Assembly (NCBI GenBank): GCA_964016885.1
Contig: OZ024743.1
Location: 235,724,001 to 235,788,000, forward strand
DNA from: Eledone cirrhosa
Lineage: Eukaryota
Direction: 5' to 3'
Length of the DNA: 64,000 nucleotides
Shown here one piece after another: positions 15,038 through 29,497 of this stretch. The position numbers were made by a program, and so were the translations under genes. Within the stretch, counting starts at the first letter, position 1. Each line of letters opens with the position of its first letter. Under the pieces are notes generated by a model. That model searched no databases, was not told the origin of the DNA, and saw nothing but the letters and a program-made list of their open reading frames with translations.

Positions 15038-16180
15038 TTATACAGTAAATACTAACCTATACCATGAAATGTAATGCAAGTAGTATTTCCACAGGAACTA
15101 GACAAGGTCAGTAAAGGGTGTATAAATCAGCAACAGTTGCTGCAGAATCATCATCCACACCACCACTACTACCATCATCCCCACCACCACTAATACCACC
15201 AGCCCCACCACCACTACGATCCCCTCCACCACCACCACCACCACCACCACCATCATCATTATCATTATCAACAACAATAAAAACTATTTTGATATCTAAT
15301 TTTTCTCACACTGACACAGAAAACTAAAGTTGCTGATAGAAACGCAATAAAAATAAATATAGGAAAATATCTAAGAAAATTATGGTCACAGCCATGACAA
15401 CTGAAAATAATTCTATATAGAATTGAAGACAACGAAATTGTAAAAAAGATTTCTATTAGGAATAAAAACAAGGAATATATCGGGCAAAAAACGTGATGTG
15501 TCACATATACAATAATTTTCATTATTATTATTATTATTATTCTGGCATAGAATGTGTCACATAGATCTCTGTTTGATTTGTTCATACTATCATCATCATG
15601 TCTATATATAAAGAAATAATAAAATGACAGATCCATTGTTCATTCTTTAAAATGGAAATCTTCAGTAAATCGTTATTACATTTAATGTTTTACCCCCAGG
15701 GATTTATAGTTTTAAATATTGATGGTGTGTTGTGTACAGATGGGAAAACATAGAATGGAACAAACACATTCACAAGATAAACTCTTTATATTTGAACATG
15801 TGTGTAAGGATGTGTATATATACATGTGTAAGGATATATATGTGTAAGGATGTGTATGTATGCGTGTGTAAGGGTATGTATGTATGTGACTGTGTAAGGA
15901 TGCGTATGTATGTGTGTGTAAGGATAAGTATGTATACCTATGTATATATATATTGTGTAATGATGTGTGTGTCATCATCATCATCTTCGTTTCACGTCCA
16001 TTTTCCACGCTAGCATGGGTTTATATATATATGAGTGAAAGGAGACATGTATATATATTTTGTGTGTAAAGTTATGTATATATATATAAACATGCATACA
16101 TATAAACATGTATACATATATATAATACTAATGTACATAAAACATTAGTAACATGTACACTCAATACATGTAAGAGTAAG

Positions 16181-16229
<49 letters not shown>

Positions 16230-17065
16230 TAAATACACATATAAAAATGTATACATACATACATCATCATTATCAACAACAATAAAAACTATATATATAT
16301 ATATAATGTGTGTGTGTGTATTTATAAATGACTGATCTGATACCAGCAGTGTTTGTCCTTAATACTAGAATGTACTATAAATTAAATCTATAGAATTTAG
16401 CTGTCACTAAATTCAGCAGATTTGTCCTCTAATAAAACCTGCTGGCACATCAGTAATTTATTAAACACATCTGCAATGAAGGGCTCCAATATATAAATCA
16501 GTCACCTGGTTTAATAAATAGCACACACTTCTTATTGATTTATGGTATGACAGGTGAGATTGTGAAGATGAAAGAAGGTAAGTGGAGGTGTGTTGTGTAC
16601 AAGATGCGAAGTGGAGAGAAACCTCAACCAAACTGTCATTAATCAAGGAATTCCTGAGGGTAGGGATCAATGAAAGAGTATGTGGAGTTGGGGAGGGGTT
16701 ATACTAGAAGTAATGAAATAGATAGAACTGAAGTTATAAGGGTAATCAGCATCATCATCATCATCACCAGGAAGGGTCTGGAAACAGCATCATCATCGTT
16801 TTGAGGTCAGTTTTCCACACTTGCATGGGTTGGATAGGTCCTTCTCAGCACAGCATTCTCTGGAGCTGGTGCCCTTAGTAGAATGCAGCCCTGTATGTAA
16901 GCAAGATACAAACCTCCAGCTTGTCTGGGAGGTCTATGGCCCCACTTCAGTACTGACTCCTTCTGTGAAGATCTGTCCTTCCTAGCAGGGAAGTGGACGT
17001 TAAATGATGACATATTTATTTATATGTACATTGTGTGTGTGTGTGTTTTGTTTACTGTTTGTTTA

Positions 17066-17589
17066 TCTATATACATAAATGGCAATTTCTGTCTGTTTGT
17101 TTGTGGATTTGTTTGTGAACCTAAAGCTCAAAACCTACCAAACAGATCTTGATGAAACTTGACGTGTGTGGGGCTCATGCCCATTTGATTTCTGAACATA
17201 TATTTCATTTTAATCAAAGGGTTTCCCGGGGGCACAAAACTCCTGCTAAAGATTTTTTCACTTCGATTTATATGAAATTTAAACCATAGGTAAATGACAA
17301 GATATGATGCCTATTCACAAAATTTCAGCAAATTTCAATAATACTACGACACCCTAATGGGGTTCTATTTTTTTCCTTATAGCAACACTCAACTTCACTG
17401 ACAAACATTTTTTTACCTGACCAATGCACTCAACAATATTTGTTTGTATTATTGTTTTGTAAATGAATTTGTCTTCGCTTTTCATTATCTGTCCTATATT
17501 TTGATTTCATTTTTGGTCTGAGAGGCATTGGGCATTTTAATGGGAACTGGGAATACACCCTCACAGGTATTACTGGGTACCTCAGCTGG
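17066..17589 (+). mobile_element. Non-autonomous Helitron
   Basis: A|TCTATATACATAAA...(tctg/tttg) repeat at the 5' end. The 3' end has a degenerate subterminal hairpin caggtattactggg, then CAG-CTGG|T (CTRR). Inserted in an AT target. Confidence 0.6.
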
Positions 17590-18168
17590 TGTTTCATAAT
17601 TTAACAATTCAATAAAATAGAGATTGATAAAATAAGTACCAGACTTGGTAAAATATGTACTAGGGTTAGTATTATCAACTAGAATTACTTCAAGGCAGCG
17701 CTGCAGCATGGCCACATTCTAATGGCTGAATCCAGGTTAAGGTAAGAAGAGACTGTGTGACTTTACTGAATAAAATACACAGAAAATAGCATAAGAGATT
17801 TCCTTGGAGTTTAAGAATGTGGTTGGTTGAGGACCTGACTAATGTTAATTTAAGGAAGGCTGATATTTACAGCATGGCAGAAAGACATAGAGAGAGATAC
17901 ATGGATGGAGAGAGATAGAGAGACAGATCAATGGATGGAGAGAGATAGAGAGACAGATCAATGGATGGAGAGAGACAGACAGTCAGACAGAGAGACAGAC
18001 AATGATGAAAGTTCATAGCAATTTACACATCAAACTGATTACTGTAAGGAAACAGGCTTCAGAAGTTATATATGTACCTAATGACCTCTAAACAAATCTT
18101 AATGATAGCTTCAACTGTTAAAAGACTTTAAATGTTAAATATTCAACTGGTACTGGTTGAAATGGGTG

Positions 18169-18200
<32 letters not shown>

Positions 18201-18261
18201 CATCATCATCATCATCGTTTAACATCTATTTTTCCATGTTAGCATGGGTTATATATATCAT

Positions 18262-18430
18262 GTTTAATATAGAAACGGTTTCTACTGGACTAGAACTGTT
18301 TCATTCAAAAGAAATGATGATGGTTTCTTTTGAATGAAACAATTCTAGTCTTATAGAAGCCATTTCTATATTAAACTTGTTTATACTTTACTAATGTATT
18401 GAGTACCTTACTAATGTATTGAGTACCTTC
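18262..18430. mobile_element. Fold-back (palindromic) PLE-like end
   Basis: gtttaatatagaaacggtttctac...gaagccatttctatattaaac inverted arms; same family as 45580-45765. Confidence 0.65.
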
Positions 18431-18504
18431 CGACCCATTGTCAGGCGACTTTTCTATGTCTGGATGCCCTACACATCACCAACCACTTTATATATATATA
18501 TATA

Positions 18505-19667
18505 CAGGGTGCGGACGTTATTTGAGGGCAGATTTATGGTTTCAAAGAAACGCTTATATAATAACAGAAAAAACTGTATTCTTATAAAAATAACATACAC
18601 ATAAAGCTAAATTATCTATTTAATAATTTCATTCAATAAAACCACTATAAGCATCAATAACTGCCTCTATGTGGGGTCGAAATTGTTTACAAGCTCGGAT
18701 TAAGTGGTCCTTGTTCATATAGGACATGATTCAAACTATGGCGGCTTTCCAAGAATCTTTGATGCTATGGGGTGCTCATTGACATTTTTCCCAACGATGC
18801 TCCATACATAGTAGTCCAGTGGATTGAGATCTGGAGAATTAGGAGGGCAAATGTTGGGGGTGATGTGATCATGCAAATTGTCAGCCATCCATTCTTGTGC
18901 CATTTGAGCCTTGTGTGATAATGCAGAATCTTGTTGAAAGACATAAGGCCTTCCATTGCATACTCTGTTGATCCAAGGCTTAACTTTATCCAGAACCTCA
19001 ATATACGCAGTAGCATTCACCCTAGGGCCTTGTGGAAAAAAGTGAGGAAGTATCACATGTCCTTCATTGCTAACAACACCCCAAACCATGACACTTGCAG
19101 GAAATCCTGTGTGCATTACTCTTGGAACCTCAGAAGGGTCTGCACATAGCCACCTGTCATTTCTTCTGTTAGCTTTCTGGTCCTGGTCAAAGTTTTTCTC
19201 ATCTGAAGAAAACCAAATCACACCATCTTCTGATGGATTTATAAGTTTGTACAAAAGTCTTTTGGATCTGATTAAACAGTTTTCTTTTGTTTTTTTCTGA
19301 CACACCAACATTTTTTGCAATTGACCTCATTGATTTTCCTCGATTGTCATCAACATTTTCCTTAACTTCCTAAATAAATTCAGGTGTTCTGATAGAATCA
19401 GAGCGTTTGGAATGTGTTTTAAGTTTTGATACAGGTAATACACTTCCATCTTCTTTCTCTAACTCACACCGAATCTTGTGGACAAAAGATCTTGCAGCTT
19501 TCAGAAAACAAGAAATTCCTAAATCTCCATACAGCATGCCTTTTCATTTCATTCATTAGTAAACAGTTATTTTCATTGTTATTTTCTGAAATAGAAGTTC
19601 AATGAAAATTAGTCAAATAAAATAATGACTAAAAATGCATGTGTCCTCAAATACCGTCCGCACCCTG
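18505..19667 (-). mobile_element. Tc1/mariner DNA transposon, DD37D (maT) type, degenerate
   Basis: 26-bp TIRs CAGGGTGCGGACG(T/G)TATTTGAGG(G/A)CA with 2 mismatches, flanked by TA. Transposase motifs SDEKNF, VMVWG, FQQD and SPDLNPLDY, with 37 residues between the second and third D. Confidence 0.92.
18736..19320 (-). pseudogene. DD37D transposase catalytic-domain remnant
   Basis: 194-aa open segment. N- and C-termini are broken by frameshifts or deletion, and the conserved W of WPPNSPD is replaced by C. Confidence 0.85.
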
Positions 19668-19674
19668 TATATAT

Positions 19675-19900
19675 AACAAAGAGGGTGAGGCAAGATACCA
19701 GGTGAACCATAACGCACCAGAGTACTCAATACTTAGGGTAGTAGAGTGGGTAATAGGAAAAGAGTCAGGACCTCGACGGCTGAGCTCCGGCCATTTCGAC
19801 AGCTAGATCCGAACTAAGCCACCACACTGGTGGCTTAGTTCGGATCTAGCTGTCGAAATGGCCGGGGCTCAGCCGTCGGGGTCCTGACTCTTTTCCTATA
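19675..19900. mobile_element. PLE-like 3' end with about 72-bp near-perfect fold-back
   Basis: ataggaaaagagtcagg...aagccacca-cac-tggtggctt...cctgactcttttcctat. Same family as 38076-38273 and 48190-48330. Confidence 0.7.
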
Positions 19901-19909
19901 TATGTTGAA

Positions 19910-20245
19910 GATGCATGTTTTTGGTTGGAGCACCAGGCTTACAATCCTGAGGTTGCGAGTTTGGACTGAACTTTGCATTGTATTCTTGAGCAAGACACTT
20001 TATTTCACATTGCTCCAGTTAATCAGCTGTAGAACTGAGTTGTGACATCACTGGTGCCAAGCTGTATCTGCCATTGCCTTTCCCTTGGACAACATTGGTG
20101 GCATGGAGAGGAGAGACTGGTGTGCATAGGTGACTGCTGGTCATCTACAAACAACCTTGCCCTGGCTTGTGCCTTGGAGGGGAACTTTCTAGGTACAAAT
20201 TTCACGGTCATTCGTGACCGAAAGGGGGGGGGGGGCTTTACTCTT
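19910..20245 (+). mobile_element. tRNA-SINE, second family
   Basis: Core ttcttgagcaagacactttatttcacattgctccagt. Related copies at about 22160-22260, 31380-31645, 54636-54770, 59890-60010 and 60270-60535. Confidence 0.75.
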
Positions 20246-20314
<69 letters not shown>

Positions 20315-20661
20315 TTTTTATATCAATGAAAAATGATTTAACATGTACATAATTAACAAGTAGATAACTTGCACTTAATTCAAGGGTAATCTCAGGCAGC
20401 AGGTTGATATGAAAAGGGCTTTGGGTACCTTTAGCAGAATCCTCACTACTATAAGCATTTGGGTGATATGCCTGGAGTGATGAGAACATCTTACATTCCT
20501 CAAACCAATCTTATAGGCTCTGAAAAGGGATCAGAAGCTATGTTCAGCTTGAAAATAACCTACATTCCTCAAACCAGACAAAGGCCCTGTAAAGGGGTCA
20601 AAAGCTGATTGATCTGACGAGAAAGAAATCATGGAGAAAGTTTCATTAGATATATATTTAC

Positions 20662-20720
20662 CTGAAGTTTATCTTTAGGATTAATATCTTCTTCCTCAGA
20701 AGAGCTTCCTGTGTACGATG
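20662..20720 (-). CDS. AHCYL: Upstream coding exon of the AHCYL gene (end of the Ser/acidic IRBIT-type region)
   Basis: tttcag|59 nt|gtaaat, phase 1 to 0. Translates (A)SYTGSSSEEEDINPKDKLQ, comparable to AHCYL1 ASYTDSSDDEVSPREKQQ, and joins in frame to exon 12158-12245. Confidence 0.88.
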
Positions 20721-21212
20721 CTGAAATATATATAAAAAAACATTGCAATTATTAGTCATGTGATAGGTGGAAGTTGATAATGATAGTCAATGATGCTGAA
20801 ATATATATAAAAAAAAACATTGGAATTATAAGTCATGTGATAGGTGTTGGTTGATGATGATGGTCAATGATACTGAAATATATAGAAAAAACATTGAAAT
20901 TATTAGTCATCTGAGAAGATCAATAAAGCTGAAATCACCATCATCATCATCACCGTTTAAAGTTCATTTTTCATGCTAGCATGGGTTAGACAAGTTGTTC
21001 CATTGTATCAGGTGGCTGTGTCTTGCTCATGCAGAACTATTTCTGGCTTGGTTTCTATGGCTGATACCCTTCCTAACACTAACCATATTTACAGTGTGGA
21101 CTGGGCACTTTTTGTCATGACACCAACATGACAACTTATATATATAATGAACAAATTAAATTCACAGCTCTCACCTATAAGGTTGTATTTCATAGGAGCT
21201 TTCTCAGATATG

Positions 21213-22140
21213 TTAACCCTTTAGCATTTACATAACTCTATATATACTATTGTATTTTCATGGTAAAGGCTTTATCTCACATAATACTGAATCTATGGGA
21301 TTTTGATGTATAAATATGAGTGGCTAGATATGGCCAGTTTGAACAGAAAGAAGTGAGAGAATTCTGGCTAGATATGGCCGGTTTGAACAGAAAGAAGTGA
21401 GAGAATTCTGGCTGGATATGGCCGGTTCAAACAGAAAGAAGTGAGGGAATTCTGGCTGGATATGGCCGGTTCAAACAGAAAGAAGTGAGAGAATTCTGGC
21501 TGGATATGGCTGGTTTAAACAGAAAGAAGTGAGAGAATTCTGGCTGGATATGGCTGGTTTAAACAGAAAGAAGTGAGAGAATTCTGGCTGGATATGGCTG
21601 GTTTAAACAGAAAGAAGTGAGAGAATTCTGGCTGGATATGGCCGGTTCAAACAGAAAAAAGTGAGAGAATTCTGGCTGGATATGGCTGGTTTAAACAGAA
21701 AGAAGTGAGAGAATTCTGGCTGGATATGGCTGGTTCAAACAGAAAGAAGTGAGAGAATTCTGGCTGGATATGGCTGGTTTAAACAGAAAGAAGTGAGAGA
21801 ATTCTGGCTGGATATGGCTGGTTTAAACAGAAAGAAGTGAGAGAATTCTGGCTGGATATGGCTGGTTCAAACAGAAAGAAGTGAGAGAATTCTGGCTGGA
21901 TATGGCTGGTTCAAACAGAAAGAAGTGAGAGAATTCTGGCTGGATATGGCCGGTTCAAACAGAAAGAAGTGAGAGAATTCTGGCTGGATATGGCTGGTTT
22001 AAACAGAAAGAAGTGAGAGAATTCTGGCTGGATATGGCCGGTTCAAACAGAAAGAAGTGAGAGAATTCTGGCTGGATATGGCCGGTTCAAACAGAAAGAA
22101 GTGAGAGAATTCTGGCTGGATATGGCTGGTTTAAATGCTA
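21213..22140. repeat. 44-bp minisatellite (about 18 copies, 21320-22140) inside a piggyBac-like MITE
   Basis: The element starts TTAACCCTTTAGCATTTAC. Unit gagaattctggctggatatggctggtttaaacagaaagaagtga occurs once in the MITE copies at 39912-40126 and 23790-24004. Confidence 0.9.
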
Positions 22141-23024
22141 TCATGCTATTATGAAAAGCAATGTAAAATTAAATATCTTGCTTAAGAATAAACCTGCTGC
22201 CCAGTTCAGGAACTGAACCCATGACCTTTATGATAGTGAGTCTAACACCACTAGGCCACTCATATTATTAGGTGTTCCAGATGATAGGCTGAGGCCATGC
22301 TGGGGCAGTGCCATCTATAAAAACCATGATCAGTCAAGTGAAAATGGTTGATGATGGTTCAACAAAGTAGTGTTATTTAGGTCATTAACACTAATGAAGC
22401 AGTGTTATTTAGGTCATTAACACTGACAAATATTACAGTTCTGCCTTGGCTAATTAACTTCAGAGAAATATATTGACATGCAATAAACTAATTGAACAGT
22501 GATCAACTATGTTTCCTAGGTAACAATCAGATCCTCTGTTGCTTTCAATGACGAGCTTTTAGTCCTTCAAGTAATTCATCACCAAACTTCTGATTTAATG
22601 GGTGAGTGGCAGAATATTCCTTAACAGAATTCTAAAGAGAAACCAAAGAAATGAAAAAAAGGGGTAAAGAAGGGCAGATCTGGCTGTATAGGAAAGGACT
22701 ATAAATGCCATACATGAAAGGAAGAAGGTAAGAGCAAGAACTATTGGGTACCTAAGAACGGGGGAAGAGGAGAGGATGATAGATTCTACACCTAGATGAG
22801 GGCTGTGTTTTGGCTGATCCCCATGGGAGTATAAGATAGAAATTAAAATTATTGTTTTGTCTTATTTTTTTTACTTTACACAAGTTTTCACTCCTGTATT
22901 TCCAATTTGCATTCTACTGACTCCCCAGAAGCAATCTTAACCACAGAATATTAGAGATTTAAACAAAATATAGATTTAAGAAGTGAATAGCCAAAATGTT
23001 ATTTAAAAAGAAAATATGAAAATA

Positions 23025-23285
23025 TAGTAGGCTGAGATGGTATGGACATGTGATGCGCATGGAGGATGACCGCTGGGTAAAGAAATCCCACTAGAAGGAA
23101 GACGCAGTAGAGGTAGACCACGAAAAACATGGGCGGAGGTGGTGAGAGCAGACCTCAGATCGCTGAAACTCACTGAGGAGATGACGAAGGACCGTGACAA
23201 GTGGAGAGATGCTGTGCTGAATAGGACCCGTCCAACATTTGCAAGCAGGGAATACCGGACGTAAAATGATGATGATGATGGTGAT
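23025..23285 (+). mobile_element. RTE-type LINE 3' fragment
   Basis: RLRWYGHVMRMED..LEGRRSRGRPRKTWAEVVRADL followed by a (GAT)n tail. Confidence 0.85.
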
Positions 23286-23596
23286 GAGAGAACTGAACCA
23301 ATCAGCATATAAAAGATTAAAATGCTGGCACTAGCAAGACAATTTAATCTAAAAGACCAAAATAGACAATGCGTCTCCACAAGTATTAATTGGTGTTATA
23401 AAATAGATTTAACTTTTAAAGTGTCTCATTTTTTAAAAATGGAGAAAAAATTGCTGTAAAAAGTGATGCAAATTTCTAACTTTGTTGTATATCTCCACAC
23501 TGTTTATGACAGTAGCGCTAAACGAATTTGTATATACATATGTATATATATATATATATATATACATACACACACACACACACACAATACATACAT

Positions 23597-23635
<39 letters not shown>

Positions 23636-24283
23636 CAAACACACATATACACACATTCTAATAATAATCTAGTCAGAGGCAACTTATATCAGCAATACTA
23701 ATATACTGAACAACCGTCACAGTTAGTCGCCCCATAACTCCTGAAGGAGTCATAGCCACAGTGACATATGGTCTTGCTAGACCACTTTTTAAACCACCGG
23801 CCATATCCGGCCAGATTTCTCTCACCTTTTTCTGTTCAAACTGGCTGTAACCGGCCCCTCGTACTTATGTTAAGGTATTTTTCTTAAAATAAATAATATC
23901 AAAATCTTGTAGATTCACTATTATGTGAGATATTATGTAAGATAAAGCCTTTACTGCAAACATAAAATAGTAAATATAGAGTAATGTAAATGTTATGGGG
24001 TTAAATACAGCAGATTTCTTCTAGGGAAGGAGAGAGAGTGAGAGAGAATGGAAATGAGAAAGAAATATAGAGGAAGAATCTACCCCAGTACTTGACTGGT
24101 ACTTTTTTATCGACCTTGAATGGATGAAAGGTGAAGTTAACCTCATTACTGTACAACAAACCAACTAACATCAACATGGATAAACAACTTGCTAGAAATG
24201 AAACATACAAGAGTCACGCTATGAAGCTGTGACTATGTCACAACTTTAAATATTCATTCATAGTAAGATTCTTATGTGTTTAA

Positions 24284-24885
24284 AATAATGAAAATTATTG
24301 TGTACAGTGCTCAGGTTCACTACAACTCATCAAAGGTGCATGTCAGTGCATAGAATAATGTACAAATGTCAGGGAAGTGAACAGTGTATGAGTCATGATA
24401 TACATGTGTACATGTGTATGGAGGGGGGGTATCACGTGTAGTGTTGGCGAATCTCAGGAAGCATGGAGGTTTTAAAGGATGCAGTGTTTTGGCAGCTAAC
24501 AACTGATGCAGGTAGTTTGTTCCATGCTTCAGCAACTCTGAGCGTGACAAAATGTTTCTGAAAGTCATGGGAGCTGCTGTTTTCTGACTTTGTAGGCATG
24601 CCCACGTGTGTTAGAAACATGGAAGTCAAAAAGGTGCTCAGGGTTGTTGTTGGCAAGATAGTTAATATTTTTGTGGGTGTTTACCAAGTCAGTTGCCAGA
24701 CGTCAGAGCTTCAATGTTTCCATGCCCAGGGAAGCAAGGCGTTCAGAGTATGGTAGATGCCTCATGGGGGGTATTCGCTTGGTTGCATGTCTCTGAACAG
24801 TTTCCAGGAGGTCAATGTTCTCAGCAAGATAGGGGTTCCAGACTGGTGATGCAAATTCTAAATGTGACCTCACCATCAACATAAA
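24284..24885 (-). mobile_element. 5'-truncated CR1-type LINE related to the intact copy
   Basis: MVRSHLEFASPVWNPY..QRHATKRIP and SHDFQKHFVTLRVAEAWNKLP are highly similar to ORF2 at 36100-36553; same 3' tail. Confidence 0.93.
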
Positions 24886-24899
24886 CATATCCCTTCATA

Positions 24900-25897
24900 T
24901 GTACCTCTATTATGAACCATGTTAGGTTAGTGTTACCTCTGTAATGAACCATGCTAGGTTAGTGTTACCTCTATTATGAACCATGCTAGGTTAGTGTTAC
25001 CTCTGTAATGAACCATGCTAGGTTAGTGTTACCTCTATTATGAACCATGCTAGGTTAGTGTTACCTCTGTAATGAACCATGCTAGGTTAGTGTTACCTCT
25101 GTAATGAACCATGCTAGGTTAGTGTTACCTCTGTAATGAACCATGCTAGGTTAGTGTTACCTCTGTAATGAACCATGCTAGGTTAGTGTTACCTCTGTAA
25201 TGAACCATGCTAGGTTAGTGTTACCTCTGTAATGAACCATGCTAGGTTAGTGTTACCTCTATTATGAACCATGCTAGGTTAGTGTTACCTCTATTATGAA
25301 CCATGCTAGGTTAGTGTTACCTCTATTATGAACCATGCTAGGTTAGTGTTACCTCTATTATGAACCATGCTAGGTTAGTGTTACCTCTATTATGAACCAT
25401 GCTAGGTTAGTGTTACCTCTATTATGAACCATGCTAGGTTAGTGTTACCTCTATTATGAACCATGCTAGGTTAGTGTTACCTCTGTTATGAACCATGCTA
25501 GGTTAGTGTTACCTCTGTTATGAACTATGCTAGGTTAGTGTTACCTCTGTTATGAACTATGCTAGGTTAGTGTTACCTCTATTATGAACCATGCTAGGTT
25601 AGTGTTACCTCTGTAATGAACCATGCTAGGTTAGTGTTACCTCTGTAATGAACCATGCTAGGTTAGTGTTACCTCTGTAATGAACCATGCTAGGTTAGTG
25701 TTACCTCTGTTATGAACCATGTTAGGTTAGTGTTACCTGTATTATGAACCATGCTAGGTTAGTGTTACCTCTATTATGAACTATGCTAGGTTAGTGTTAC
25801 CTCTGTTATGAACCATGCTAGGTTAGTTTTACCTCTGTAATGAACCATGCTAGGTTAGTGTTACCTCTATTATGAACCATGCTACGTTAGTGTTACT
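24900..25897. repeat. 32-bp minisatellite, about 31 copies
   Basis: Unit gttacctct(g/a)t(a/t)atgaaccatgctaggttagt. Confidence 0.97.
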
Positions 25898-26384
25898 ATT
25901 AATTAAAAGTTCTTACATAAAATTATGATGGAAGGTTTTTAGACAAATAGAAGCATTTTGAAACCGATTTGTTTTTGTTGTGAGAGACCCAAGGGCAGTT
26001 TCAGACAGTTTGACATCAAAAGTGTTTAATCTTCTCAACTAGGTGGATTCTAAAGAATAGAATTAATTGAATACCATCAAACGTCACTAGACTGTTCACA
26101 GACATTCAATAATAACAGTGTTTACATAGATATTGGCAATGGAACATACACATACACACACAAACATTAATTCCCCTCCTCCCCAAAATAAAATAAAACC
26201 AAGTCCAAAAAAGTGTGGAACTATCCTAAAGGGATATATTCACCTTTCCACGGTTCTATTTTGGAATGAATAAATCATAAGAGGCTTTTTTTTTGTGTGT
26301 TTTCAAGAAAAATCAATCTAACAACCAACATCCAGTCTGGCTAAAGTTGTTTTCTAATATACTTTTTGATCTCACATATCCTCC

Positions 26385-26722
26385 TGTAACAACAACTGCT
26401 ACTACTACTACTATTGGTGTTACTACTTCTGTTGCTACTGCTACTACTGCTGCAACAACAACAGCTGTTGCTGCTACTGCAACAACAGCTGTTGCTGCTA
26501 CTATTACTACTATTGCTACAACCACCACTACTAATACTATTGCTACAACCACTACTACTACTATTGAATGCTACAACCACCTCAACTATTACTACAACCA
26601 CTACCACCACCATCACAATAACAACCACCATCATTATGACCAACACTGCCAGAACAACAACAACCCCTACCACCAACACAACAACAACAACCCCACCACC
26701 ACAACAACTCCAACAACAAGAA
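26385..26722. repeat. Degenerate trinucleotide (ACT/AAC/GCT) repeat
   Basis: Seen directly. Confidence 0.9.
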
Positions 26723-27739
26723 ACAAATATCTCCATAATAGCAGTAAAAGCCAGAAATACTGTATTGTAGGGTGGTAAGATGATGTAAAGTTACAGTTTA
26801 TATAACCCCACATAACACCAGTTAAGACATGTTAAGGAATGCCATTAGCATTTCTAATTAGATAGTTCTAATTATATATATAACGAGACAATTACTTCAG
26901 CTCAAATACCACAAAATTTAATGAAAATAATTTCCTTTGTATTTATTTATTAAATTCATACTTCAAAGAAATGTTTCTTTTGTTTCTTCCACTGCCACCC
27001 TGCGCCCCACCTGGTCGACACTGTCGTCTACCCCCCCCCCCTCCAGCTCGACACTGTCGGCTTCCCAACCCACAGTCCTTAATACTTTCATCTTTTCATT
27101 CTTCAAAGCTGGCATGTTTGTATGGGCCTAATAACATTTGAATATTTTAGTATTTTGATTTAATGTCAGGCATCAACCCCATAAAACCACATTAGCAAGA
27201 CATACAACTATGACTGCATCATGTTAGAAAATAAATTCTTTATTCTAATACTGCAAACATTTACAGTGATCTGTCCATTAGCAAAGCTACTATAACCATT
27301 TGGATTAATAAACCATGAGAAACCACATTAGCAAAACATTCTTGAAAAGTACAAAACAGCACTATGACTGCATCATGTTAAAACCTAATATCCAATTTAC
27401 AGCAAATTTTCACAACAATCTATCCACAAGCAAATATTTCAATTATAATATATAAATATTTGTATTAAACTCGCTTTCAGACATGTTCAGCTAAATCCTT
27501 GCAGGATGTTTAAGAGTTAAAATGTTTATATTTATCTAAAAAACATTCCACCATAATCCTTTAGGAACCTATATTCAGTTATGTTCCAAACAACAGCTGA
27601 ATGATGAGAAAGTTAGTTATATTACTAAATGCTTTCAAATTATATATCATTTCTAAAGTGATTTAAAAATCATAAACAGAGTATTTCATTAGAAATATGG
27701 CAACAGAAAGGTTAAAGTGTTTATATTTATCTAAAAATC

Positions 27740-28140
27740 TTCTTTGCCCACTTGTTCCTGAGTGGGTCATGGGAGCAGAGTCCTCAAACACTCCTTCCAA
27801 TCGGACCTGTCAGAAGCAACCATCTCCAACTGATCTGGCTGGATCTCAAAGCAAAACCAGCCAAGCTCATGGATGTTATCCAACCATCTTGCTCGTAGTT
27901 TACCCCTGGGTCTCCAGCCAGTTTGTTTTGCCAGTAAAATCTGTCCAGTGATTCTTTCTTGAGATAATCTAACCACATGCCCATAGTATCAGAGCTGTAA
28001 TCTCTTAATTCGGGGAAGTAGTAGCTCTATCTGAAGCGACTTTGATGTCTAAGCTACGCACTCTGTCAAGTAACGTTACTACAAAGAATATTCGGATGAA
28101 TCCCATTTCGGTCGCTTGTATTCGTGATCTTATTCCTGTC
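27740..28140 (-). mobile_element. RTE-like LINE 3' fragment (inverted partial copy at 28810-28967)
   Basis: RIQATEMGFIR..TLLDRVRS..YGHVVRLSQERIT..RPRGK..RWLDNI. Confidence 0.75.
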
Positions 28141-28967
28141 ATAATTTTATACAAGAACCTTTGTTAAGTTCATTTCCAAACACCAGCATTATATGGAGAA
28201 ATTCCTGATTATGTTCAAAATACATCAGAGGCAGTGTCTTTCATTAAAAATATGGTAAGAAAGGGTTTAAATAGTAAAACTTATTGGGCGACAGTTCAAA
28301 GAAATCAATCAAGATATGTTGCTATGTATTGATACATTTTTGTATCAATACATAGCAACAGATTACTTTTATTGCTTTTCTACATTTTATTGGTATACAG
28401 TGTGTCTTATGAATATGGAAACTGCAAAGTTAGATGAAAGGAAGGCATTATATAAATATATAAAGACACCATTATGTTGTCTGCTAACAAAAATTCGATG
28501 GCTGCAAATATTTAGGATTATAGTCATGGTAAAATGTTGAACATGGAATAAGTTTTCTGTGTTGTTTGAACAGCAGAATGTTCAGCCATTCGTTTAAACT
28601 AAACCAGCAGCGAAAGAGTTAATAATTTTCTTATATAAAGAAAAGGACTTTGAAGTTGTTCAAACCAATCTAATAAATTATTCATAGAAAATAAATGAAA
28701 ATAATAAAAAACATACAAAAATATAGAAATAAAATATATAAAGGCTCCTTGCATTCTGAGTTCAAATCCCACTGAGGTTAATTTTGTTTTTCATCTTTAC
28801 AGAGTTACATCTGAGTAATGACTGAAGGAATATGATCGAGAATAAAAGTGGCCGAAATGAGATTCCTCCAAAAGGTCTTTGGAGTAACATAACACGATAG
28901 AGTGTGTAGTTTGGAGATCAGAGTCACCCCAGGTAGAGCTGCTACTTCTCTGAATTGAGAGATCACA

Positions 28968-29040
28968 TATATATATATCATATCACTGAGACACTGCTCT
29001 CTCTCTCTCTAGATATATATATCATATCACTGAGACAGTA

Positions 29041-29076
<36 letters not shown>

Positions 29077-29183
29077 CATATCACTGAGACACTGCTCTCT
29101 CTCTCTCTATATATATATATATATCACTGAGACACTGCTCTCTCTCTCTCTATATATATATATATCATATCACTGAGACACTG

Positions 29184-29215
<32 letters not shown>

Positions 29216-29233
29216 CATATCACTGAGACACTG

Positions 29234-29317
<84 letters not shown>

Positions 29318-29422
29318 TATCACTGAGACACTGCTCTCTCTCTCTCTATATATATATATCATATCACCGAGACACTGCTCTTTCTCTCTCTTTATATATA
29401 TATATCATATCACTGAGACAGT

Positions 29423-29487
<65 letters not shown>

Positions 29488-29497
29488 CATATCACTG
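28968..29497. repeat. Compound tandem: atcatatcactgagacactg + (CT)n + (AT)n
   Basis: About 10 units with variable microsatellite lengths. Confidence 0.92.

Noticed and set aside
13330-25897. Regular 32-49-bp repeats resembling CRISPR arrays
   Set aside because: Units are contiguous with no unique spacers, there are no cas genes, and the context is eukaryotic.
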